Position numbers and translations under genes: made by a program. Positions 32,003-37,720 of a stretch of DNA of 37,720 nucleotides are shown in pieces. The DNA is from a virus: IMG/VR virus record IMGVR_UViG_3300018411_000048; one strand, given 5' to 3'. Every line of letters begins with the position of its first letter. Position 1 is the stretch's first letter. The notes beneath the pieces are model-generated. The model was given only the letters and a program-made list of their open reading frames with translations, had not been told where the DNA came from and ran no database searches.

Positions 32003-32434
32003 CTACTTAGTTATTTTAATAGTAGGCATCTTCACCTCGCCACTATGTTCTATATCTTGCTTATCTCTCCAGTTTCTTGGCTGTCTATTCTTCAACCAAG
32101 CCATAGCTGCTCCTGTATCTGGTGCTATCTTTTCTATAACAGGTACTATTACAGGCTCGCCCTGGAACTGAAAAACCTTTACCGTTTCTTGTTCATAACC
32201 TGTTGCTCTTTTATGCAATGAATTAGCCACTTCCATGTCTGCGACTATCTTCCCCCTTTTAAGGGACTCTAAAAACTTTGGTTCGTTTTGTTTCCAATTA
32301 TTAATAGTTGACTCTTGCACCTCAAAGAAATCTGCAAGCTCTTTATCTGTAGCACCTAGCTTGCATAATTTCTCTACTTGTATACAGTATTCTTCTTTAA
32401 ATTTCGTAGGTCTACCACCCTTGTTTTTACTCAT
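32003..32434 (-). CDS. terS: Terminase small subunit
   Basis: HTH segment GGRPTKFKEEYCIQVEKLCKLGATDKELADFFEVQESTINNWK. The start is taken at MSKNKGG, which follows RBS AGGGAGG. Confidence 0.7.
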   Translation of the reverse strand: MSKNKGGRPTKFKEEYCIQVEKLCKLGATDKELADFFEVQESTINNWKQNEPKFLESLKRGKIVADMEVANSLHKRATGYEQETVKVFQFQGEPVIVPVIEKIAPDTGAAMAWLKNRQPRNWRDKQDIEHSGEVKMPTIKITK

Positions 32435-32504
32435 AATATCCTCCCTTCTAAACATTACATATCGTATACATTATACCATATTTGATTAAAAAATACTTGA
32501 CAAT

Positions 32505-32528
32505 AAGAAAAGAGGGTGTTACCCCTCT
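32505..32528 (-). terminator. Rho-independent terminator upstream of the packaging unit
   Basis: AGAGGG-GUAACA-CCCUCU followed by UUUCUUAUU. An extended -10 (TGgTATAAT) follows at 32470..32478. Confidence 0.6.
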
Positions 32529-32543
32529 GATTCTTCATTATAG

Positions 32544-32738
32544 TTACACATAAAAATCCTTGCCAAGCACTCTAACAACTCTTTTATAAGTGCAATTATT
32601 CTTATTCGCTATGTCGTGCAAATCCATTCCAGTTTCATAATCGGCAAATATAGCCCTTTCCAGCGCTCTTACTTTATCTGCATCAGCTTTCAGCCTCTTA
32701 GCCATTCTTTCAATTGCTTCCTTGTCATTTACTGCCAT
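32544..32738 (-). CDS. Small putative DNA-binding protein
   Basis: 64-aa ORF with RBS AAAGGGGG. Confidence 0.5.
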   Translation of the reverse strand: MAVNDKEAIERMAKRLKADADKVRALERAIFADYETGMDLHDIANKNNCTYKRVVRVLGKDFYV

Positions 32739-32751
32739 TTCAAAACCCCCT

Positions 32752-32928
32752 TTATTTTTCTGCTATATGGTCTATTGCTTCCTTAAGTTCTTCAATGTAT
32801 TCCTTGTAGTCATAGCCCTCTAGTTGACAAATACTTATGTCCATCATTATATCAGCTAGTAGCCTATGAATCATTTGTTTACGAGCTAGTACATTCATTT
32901 GCTTTGCTGTTTCTTTATTTGCTATCAC
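32752..32928 (-). CDS. Small helical protein, 58 aa; not in the ORF track
   Basis: Hand translation from the GTG: VIANKETAKQMNVLARKQMIHRLLADIMMDISICQLEGYDYKEYIEELKEAIDHIAEK. RBS AGGGGGAA. Confidence 0.45.
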   Translation of the reverse strand: MIANKETAKQMNVLARKQMIHRLLADIMMDISICQLEGYDYKEYIEELKEAIDHIAEK

Positions 32929-32942
32929 CAAACTTATTCCCC

Positions 32943-33578
32943 CTACCCCTGTATAAGCTTTCTTTTTCTCCTGTAATAATCTTGTAACATCTTCTTTCTG
33001 TCTTGATAATCTGGTATTGCAAGTACAAAGCCTGTATCTATTCTTTGAAGCTCTAAAATGTCGCTTAATTGCTGTGCCGTCAAATGCTCTCTAAGTGATT
33101 CATTTTCTGGAATACCATGTTCTTGTTTGTATTGCTTAGCCGTCATTCCTAATACTATCTTGTTTAACATATTCATTTCATTTGAATAATGATAGTGTTG
33201 TGGGTTTTCATGGCTTGCCTGTATGTTATCGGTTAATGCAGGAAATTCAAGTTTCGCCAACGCTCTTGAAGTAAGCAATCTTTCCATTTCGTTAAACTTG
33301 GCAATATATAATTCCTTAAATCTTACTGCTTCTGCTCCAGTGAATCCCATAGCTACCATAGTAAAACCATCTCTAGTAAGGTTATAACATGGGTATTGCT
33401 TGCCCCTGTCTTTATAAGTTGACTCCTTAAAATTAAGGAGCCAAAAATCTTTACTGCACTTTCCCTCTAATTCTCTAATAGCCTGCAACACATTATCCCT
33501 TCTTTTACGGAAAACATCTGCCACTATATGGCTTTGTGCATAAATCTTGCCATTCTTACTTTCCACTAAATTATTCAT
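32943..33578 (-). CDS. Rha-family phage regulatory protein
   Basis: 211 aa. SHIVADVFRKRRDNVLQAIREL...YNLTRDGFTMVAMGFTGAEAVRFKELYIAKFNEME matches the Phage_pRha pattern. Confidence 0.7.
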   Translation of the reverse strand: MNNLVESKNGKIYAQSHIVADVFRKRRDNVLQAIRELEGKCSKDFWLLNFKESTYKDRGKQYPCYNLTRDGFTMVAMGFTGAEAVRFKELYIAKFNEMERLLTSRALAKLEFPALTDNIQASHENPQHYHYSNEMNMLNKIVLGMTAKQYKQEHGIPENESLREHLTAQQLSDILELQRIDTGFVLAIPDYQDRKKMLQDYYRRKRKLIQG

Positions 33579-33601
33579 AATATAACTCCTTTCTTGGGCG
33601 G

Positions 33602-33895
33602 TTAACCTTTTAACTTGAATGTTCCGCCAATAGCTTCATCTCTCATATCAAGCAACTTTTTTATAAAATCTGCTTTTCTTTCAACGTTATCTGGTGTGTT
33701 CTTCATAAACAAAACTATTAACATACACTGAGATTCATTTAAAATATAAACCTCTCTTGGTCTGCCACTTGCTATTTTAATCTTTTCAACTGCAAGTTCT
33801 CCAAAATCCTCAATATCTTTGCCATAGTTCCTAATAACATTAACAATAATTCTGTGTTCTATTCCTAAGCTTTCCGCTAACTCATAACTATTCAT
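33602..33895 (-). CDS. Short Rha-N-terminal-like HTH protein
   Basis: 97 aa. SYELAESLGIEHRIIVNVIRNY...LNESQCMLIVLFMKN. Confidence 0.5.
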   Translation of the reverse strand: MNSYELAESLGIEHRIIVNVIRNYGKDIEDFGELAVEKIKIASGRPREVYILNESQCMLIVLFMKNTPDNVERKADFIKKLLDMRDEAIGGTFKLKG

Positions 33896-33915
33896 TAACT
33901 CACCTCCTAATTAAT

Positions 33916-33944
33916 ATTATACAGTATAATGCAACAAACTGCAA
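33916..33944 (-). promoter_or_regulatory. Promoter TTGCAG-17 nt-TATAAT, with three upstream ATTGCA repeats
   Basis: Hexamers at 33939..33944 and 33916..33921. Confidence 0.55.
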
Positions 33945-33968
33945 TAAAATAATTCAATAAATTGCAAT

Positions 33969-33996
33969 AAAAAAAGAGAAGAAATTAATCTTCTCT
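33969..33996 (-). terminator. Rho-independent terminator overlapping the 3' end of 33985..34662
   Basis: AGAGAAG-AUUAAUUU-CUUCUCU followed by UUUUUUAUU. Confidence 0.6.
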
Positions 33997-34662
33997 CTCT
34001 TGCTCTATATACTTTTTAACCTCTGCGTAGACTTCTTTGTCATCATCAGTTAAATCTGTTCTCATTTCTATATAATAAGCTATTTTGCTTTCTAGCTCTT
34101 GCACCTGCTTTAATTCGTCTATAGTTAAGAAGTTTCTTATATTGTCTTTTTCTTTAAGTCCTCTTTGCTCCTTAGCCTTTTTAACTGTCATACCTAAAAC
34201 CTTTTTATAAACTAGCTTAGAGTAATTGCTATAAGCGAACCTCTTGAAATTACCTTCTTCTTTCACTTTATCTTTGATAGTGTCCGTTAATTCTTTTCTA
34301 ACTGACTTTCCTATATATCTAGTTTCTAACCTAGCTTTAAGCTCTTGCTCCATAAAATTAAAAGCTTTAATATATTTGAGTTTCCACTCTAAAGCAGTTT
34401 TATTGTTAAACCCCATAGCTAAAAGAGAGAATCCATCTCGATTCATTAAATATTCTTTTCTTGATTCGCCTTTTTTATCCTTGTACTCAGACAAAACAAA
34501 CCACTTTAACGAACGCACTTCTACGTTGGTTGAAATTATGTTTTCAATAGCACGTATTACATCTGAATGCCTTTTCTTGAAGCTAACAGCAATATCCCTA
34601 CTACTACAAACGGGTGAAGCATTGTTAACATCATTAGTGCTTAGTCTTACTAGTTCATTCAT
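33985..34662 (-). CDS. Rha-family phage regulatory protein with a C-terminal extension
   Basis: 225 aa. SSRDIAVSFKKRHSDVIRAIENI...YLMNRDGFSLLAMGFNNKTALEWKLKYIKAFNFME. Confidence 0.7.
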   Translation of the reverse strand: MNELVRLSTNDVNNASPVCSSRDIAVSFKKRHSDVIRAIENIISTNVEVRSLKWFVLSEYKDKKGESRKEYLMNRDGFSLLAMGFNNKTALEWKLKYIKAFNFMEQELKARLETRYIGKSVRKELTDTIKDKVKEEGNFKRFAYSNYSKLVYKKVLGMTVKKAKEQRGLKEKDNIRNFLTIDELKQVQELESKIAYYIEMRTDLTDDDKEVYAEVKKYIEQERED

Positions 34663-34727
34663 ATTATCACCTCATATTTTTATTGGGATACTTACCAACG
34701 AGGTGTGCCAGCGTTCTCCCTACCTAT

Positions 34728-34736
34728 ATTATATCA
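34728..34736 (-). promoter_or_regulatory. Extended -10 (TGaTATAAT) upstream of the Rha gene
   Basis: Immediately downstream of terminator 34747..34771. The -35 region is poor. Confidence 0.4.
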
Positions 34737-34746
34737 CAATTACAAT

Positions 34747-34771
34747 AAAAAAAGAAGGTCATTTGACCCTC
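34747..34771 (-). terminator. Rho-independent terminator ending the long early/middle unit
   Basis: GAGGGUC-AAAU-GACCUUC followed by UUUUUUUAUU. Confidence 0.65.
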
Positions 34772-34845
34772 CCTTTATTGATATTAATATAGCTTTCCCC
34801 TGTTCTTCCAAGCGTGAACCTGCCTATATTATCAATTATTTTCAC
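34759..34845 (-). pseudogene. Internal-deletion remnant (28 codons) of a paralog of 36650..36922
   Basis: VKIIDNIGRFTLGRTGESYININKGRVK compared with MRVIDNIGKFTLARTQ...(about 60 aa)...KYINVNKGAR. Only the N- and C-terminal ends are retained. Confidence 0.6.
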
Positions 34846-34857
34846 ATTTACCCCCTT

Positions 34858-35385
34858 TTAATAATAAAAGTCGTGTACTGAGTCGCTTCCCCATTTAATC
34901 TTATTCCTACTAGCCCAACTGTTAAGTCCCCTAACATTGAAATATAAAACCTTATCCGACATTATCCACTTACCTGCAAGAGCATCATCAACCGCCTTAA
35001 TGCTTATATCTGTAACCTTTACCGTATTTATACGATTATCTCTAACTATGCAAAACTGATTTTTCTGGTATATTACTTTTCTTATAGTATTCGGAAATAC
35101 CGAACTGTTGACCCTATTAAGTATCACATTTGCAACTCTTAGCTTATCTTCATAACTCGCACCTGTGACCTCTGCTTCTACTGCTCTATATAACAACTGC
35201 CTATCTTGATTACTAACACCGTAGGAGCTATTTAAAGCTCCTGCAAGCGTTAATAATATTATTGCAATAGTAATTATCCTTTTGATGTAATCACGCCCCT
35301 TAAAATTAATATTTCCCGCAACTTTTATGCTCTGGACAGTAACCGTATTCCTTACCCTTGCAATCAAGTTGACTAAATATATCAC
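34858..35385 (-). CDS. SleB/CwlJ-type cell-wall hydrolase with an N-terminal signal/TM segment
   Basis: LLYRAVEAEVTGASYEDKLRVANVILNRVNSSVFPNTIRKVIYQKNQF matches the Hydrolase_2 pattern. The start is uncertain. The GTG at 35385 overlaps thyX by 80 nt, and no ATG, GTG or TTG start lies in frame after the thyX stop. Confidence 0.65.
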   Translation of the reverse strand: MIYLVNLIARVRNTVTVQSIKVAGNINFKGRDYIKRIITIAIILLTLAGALNSSYGVSNQDRQLLYRAVEAEVTGASYEDKLRVANVILNRVNSSVFPNTIRKVIYQKNQFCIVRDNRINTVKVTDISIKAVDDALAGKWIMSDKVLYFNVRGLNSWASRNKIKWGSDSVHDFYY

Positions 35386-35938
35386 CTATAAGCCCTTCTT
35401 CTTTTGATAATATTTCAGTAATGGCATGACTCATTATTCTTATTTCCTCCGAAGCTCTGACACAATTTCTAAGCATTAAAAACTCATACATAGCTTGTAT
35501 ATTAGCCGACATTATCAAGTCAGTAGTAGACATAAGCGGTAGAAATAACTTTGCTGTGTCCTCCTGTCCGTTTTCCTGTTCTATCTTCTGCCACTTAGTA
35601 TATATATCCATTATTGTGTCAAAATCATCTGACATTAAATCTAAAAGTCCATCCTCTACCCATGCAGGCATAAACATTTTAGTATCGGTAAAATCACAGT
35701 ATCTAGTAGATTTAACCGTTAAATTAATGTGCGGATGCCTTGATAATTGCCTTAATGCATCTTGGCTTACATCCTTAACCTCTATACTGATATTACTGTG
35801 CCTTGTAATGCTCCTGTGTCCAGCTTTCCATACTCTATAAGCTAGTTTCGTTTCGTCTTGTGTCTTGGTCTGATATGGCATCACCGCAGCTTTCTTAATT
35901 GATTCCTCTCCAGATATTTCTATTATTTTAATTTCCAT
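35306..35938 (-). CDS. thyX: FAD-dependent thymidylate synthase ThyX-like
   Basis: 210 aa. AGHRSITRHSNISIEVKDVSQDALRQLSRHPHINLTVKSTRY parallels the ThyX ..H.S..EH...F.I.GVSR....QL.RHR..S...S.RY signature. Here RHR reads RHP. Confidence 0.65.
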   Translation of the reverse strand: MEIKIIEISGEESIKKAAVMPYQTKTQDETKLAYRVWKAGHRSITRHSNISIEVKDVSQDALRQLSRHPHINLTVKSTRYCDFTDTKMFMPAWVEDGLLDLMSDDFDTIMDIYTKWQKIEQENGQEDTAKLFLPLMSTTDLIMSANIQAMYEFLMLRNCVRASEEIRIMSHAITEILSKEEGLIGDIFSQLDCKGKEYGYCPEHKSCGKY

Positions 35939-36093
35939 TATTTGTCCTCCTCGGCTTTAGTCATTTTCTCAAATTCTTCCCTATTGAAAAGCCTCATTCT
36001 GGCACAAGCTAACATATTGGACCCATAGCATATGTTATGCTTAACACATTTTTTGCATGTATTTTTATAAAACTTATCCTTATCTATTCGCAA
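35938..36093 (-). CDS. Cys-rich small protein, 51 aa, TTG start; not in the ORF track
   Basis: Hand translation: (M)RIDKDKFYKNTCKKCVKHNICYGSNMLACARMRLFNREEFEKMTKAEEDK. RBS AAGGAGG lies 6 nt upstream. TAATG overlap with the thyX start. Confidence 0.45.
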   Translation of the reverse strand: MRIDKDKFYKNTCKKCVKHNICYGSNMLACARMRLFNREEFEKMTKAEEDK

Positions 36094-36094
36094 A

Positions 36095-36394
36095 TTAATC
36101 CTCCTTCATATTCTCTAGTATATAAGCTAGATTACACGCCACATGGTCTATATGCCTTAATCCACTTTCTGCATCTTTACTCTCGTTGTCCTTGATATAC
36201 TCCATCATGTGACGCATCATTGCATTTTGCCATCTTTCTATGTCGACTTGCTTCCAGTTGTCTTTATCCTTGTACTTCTCTATCCCGTACTCTCTTACCC
36301 TTACCACCGCCTCATTTATAGCAGGTAACATAAGCATCATTTTTAATTTTCCTTCGTCATGCTTAACCTTGTATATATCAGTGCAATATTCCAT
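36095..36394 (-). CDS. DUF5664-like (dATP/dGTP diphosphohydrolase N-terminal-like) protein
   Basis: 99 aa. EYGIEKYKDKDNWKQV...RHMMEY...ESGLRHIDHVACNLAYIL resembles this phage family as I recall it. Confidence 0.5.
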   Translation of the reverse strand: MEYCTDIYKVKHDEGKLKMMLMLPAINEAVVRVREYGIEKYKDKDNWKQVDIERWQNAMMRHMMEYIKDNESKDAESGLRHIDHVACNLAYILENMKED

Positions 36395-36395
36395 A

Positions 36396-36650
36396 TTAGC
36401 CCCCTATTTTTTCTTTTAATCTTGTAAGTGCCAGCTCTATACTTGCAAGGTCATTAAGCATTGCGTGTTCATATCTGCTGATATACTTCTCAAAGTATGC
36501 AGGTATCTGCCCGTAGTGGTATATGAAATCCTTCTTGTAATCTTCCTCCATACCGCTTACATGCTTCATTTCTTCCACCATAAAGCTTAAAAACTTATTG
36601 AAATCCTTAGCCGACTTATCTTTATTCGCAACCAATGAATATAAATCCAT
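36396..36650 (-). CDS. Hypothetical protein
   Basis: 84-aa ORF. Confidence 0.55.
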   Translation of the reverse strand: MDLYSLVANKDKSAKDFNKFLSFMVEEMKHVSGMEEDYKKDFIYHYGQIPAYFEKYISRYEHAMLNDLASIELALTRLKEKIGG

Positions 36651-36922
36651 TACCTAGCCCCCTTATTTACGTTAATATACTTTTCTTTCCTACACTCCAT
36701 TAAGCCTTTATATTCTTCCGAGCATAGCAATCTTCTGGCAGCTTCCTTAAAATATCTGCTTCTAGGTAACAGACCTTTGCCTATTAGCTCTAGAAAAGTC
36801 CTAGCTCCATTTTCAGTTTTAAAGTGGCTATGGTGCTTATAATCTTCCTCAGTATTGATAACTATATAATTATGCTGAGTTCTTGCAAGTGTGAACTTTC
36901 CTATATTGTCTATTACTCGCAT
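36650..36922 (-). CDS. Hypothetical protein; full-length paralog of the remnant at 34759..34845
   Basis: 90-aa ORF with RBS CAGGAGGG. Confidence 0.55.
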   Translation of the reverse strand: MRVIDNIGKFTLARTQHNYIVINTEEDYKHHSHFKTENGARTFLELIGKGLLPRSRYFKEAARRLLCSEEYKGLMECRKEKYINVNKGAR

Positions 36923-37452
36923 AGAACCCTCCTGTTATTCTCAGGTATGTTAGTAGCTTCTTCAATGGTCCAGCCTTTTCTGATTCTTTCTCTGTAAGTG
37001 TACCAGCTGACATTGTAACCCATAGATTCATATTTACTTTGTTTCGACATTCTGCCACGCCTTTGTTTGGGTAGAGTAGCCGCCTTTTCCATTCCCCAAC
37101 CAAGTTGCAACCTAACTCTAAAAAGTTGTTTGTCTATACCATTTTTCTCAGCTATATCCTGCCATTTCTTGCGTTCTGGGTCCATTTTTCTCACAGGAGC
37201 AGTTGCTGCTCTTTCCTCGCTCCAGCCCTTGTGGACTCTAGTATTAAAAGTAGAAGCAGGTATTCCATTCCTTACCCCTTCTGCTCTTTTCCTGTCCCTG
37301 TACTCCTTGAAAGATTTATCTGTCCCAGCCTTAGAGCTTAGAGTAATAGCAGTCTGTATACTCCAACCCATGTCATAGAACCTTTCATCTGCCAACTCCC
37401 TAGATATGCCGTTCTTTTCTGCCTGTTTATAATGCCTCTCTTCTAAAAACAT
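36913..37452 (-). CDS. Four-repeat GW-motif protein; putative multi-HTH DNA-binding protein
   Basis: 179 aa counted from MFLEERHY, which follows RBS GGGAGGG. It has four repeats of about 40 aa of the form ..NGI....F..R...GW..E.A.T.P. The longer ORF-track start at 37608 overlaps the upstream gene and has no RBS. Confidence 0.55.
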   Translation of the reverse strand: MFLEERHYKQAEKNGISRELADERFYDMGWSIQTAITLSSKAGTDKSFKEYRDRKRAEGVRNGIPASTFNTRVHKGWSEERAATAPVRKMDPERKKWQDIAEKNGIDKQLFRVRLQLGWGMEKAATLPKQRRGRMSKQSKYESMGYNVSWYTYRERIRKGWTIEEATNIPENNRRVLCE

Positions 37453-37473
37453 AAAGCCCTCCCTCTGCCATAT

Positions 37474-37488
37474 GGTTATATTGCGTTT
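37474..37488 (-). promoter_or_regulatory. Gene-junction motif, copy 2 (TAAACGCAATATAACC variant)
   Basis: The stop codon of 37487..37675 overlaps the motif. The next ATG is 21 nt downstream. Confidence 0.6.
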
Positions 37489-37675
37489 AAGCATATCCAC
37501 CTTTCCAAGACCTGTCTGCTTCGATATACTCCATCTTGGGTGTAATGCTACATTCTGGATTATCACATTTCCAATACATGAAATTATCATAATATCCCGT
37601 ATACTCAATAAGTTTCATTTTGGAACCGCAAGAGCATGTTGGTCTAAGTGACATTGGAGCTTTTCTTTTATTCAT
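37487..37675 (-). CDS. Zinc-ribbon small protein
   Basis: 62 aa: MNKRKAPMSLRPTCSCGSKMKLIEYTGYYDNFMYWKCDNPEC..., with CxC...CxxxxC. Its 5' part is duplicated at 1..78 by the terminal overlap. Confidence 0.6.
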   Translation of the reverse strand: MNKRKAPMSLRPTCSCGSKMKLIEYTGYYDNFMYWKCDNPECSITPKMEYIEADRSWKGGYA

Positions 37676-37720
37676 ATTAAACCCTCGCTTTCTCAACCTT
37701 TCAATGGTTATATTGCGTTA
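37598..37720. repeat. Second copy of the 123-bp terminal overlap
   Basis: Identical to 1..123. Confidence 0.95.

Noticed and set aside
36870-37103. 77-aa ORF overlapping 36913..37452, and the 52-codon N-terminal extension of that gene (to 37608).
   Set aside because: Neither start has an RBS. A strong RBS (GGGAGGG) precedes the internal ATG at 37452, just downstream of the junction motif.
37598-37720. The 123-bp terminal repeat considered as a biological direct terminal repeat (packaging ends).
   Set aside because: It interrupts a small gene and a junction motif rather than lying in a non-coding end region. The repeat is most simply an assembler overlap of a circular or circularly permuted genome. 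Read-termini data would settle the question.

Overview
The window is one complete, circularly closed genome of an AT-rich tailed phage of a low-GC Gram-positive, Clostridia-like host. Bases 1..123 are identical to 37598..37720, so the unit length is 37,597 bp and the window start is arbitrary. Every protein gene is on the minus strand. The only plus-strand gene is a tRNA-Trp(CCA)-like gene. In minus-sense order, the first block runs 11411 to 121 and wraps to 37675 to 34858. It holds replication, recombination and nucleotide-metabolism genes: ERF annealase, DUF1351-like protein, SF2 helicase, CHC2 zinc-finger protein, a P-loop primase/helicase-type initiator, RusA-like resolvase, SSB, an RNAP alpha-CTD-like protein, AbrB-like proteins, ThyX and a SleB-like hydrolase. 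A set of Rha-type mini-operons follows at 34662 to 32544. Packaging and head genes occupy 32434 to 24711: TerS, TerL, portal, SPP1-gp7-like protein, scaffold and capsid. A contractile-tail and baseplate module occupies 24702 to 13775, and lysis genes occupy 13773 to 11694. I found no integrase, CI-type repressor, partition gene or CRISPR array. Five things deserve a second look. (1) Two iteron/AT-rich arrays are collinear to within 1 nt over about 310 bp but use co-varied repeat units (GGGATGAC vs GGTATGAC). One sits just 3' of the initiator gene; the other is an orphan inside a terminator-bracketed accessory island between head genes. (2) A 248-nt ORF-less group I intron splits the tape-measure gene. 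(3) A 14-15 nt motif overlaps or directly follows the stop codon at four consecutive gene junctions. (4) A TGTAACTA operator-like motif sits at most promoters. (5) The tail-chaperone extension is in the +1 frame rather than the usual -1. All family assignments come from reading the translated ORFs and from memory of the families. No database search was run.
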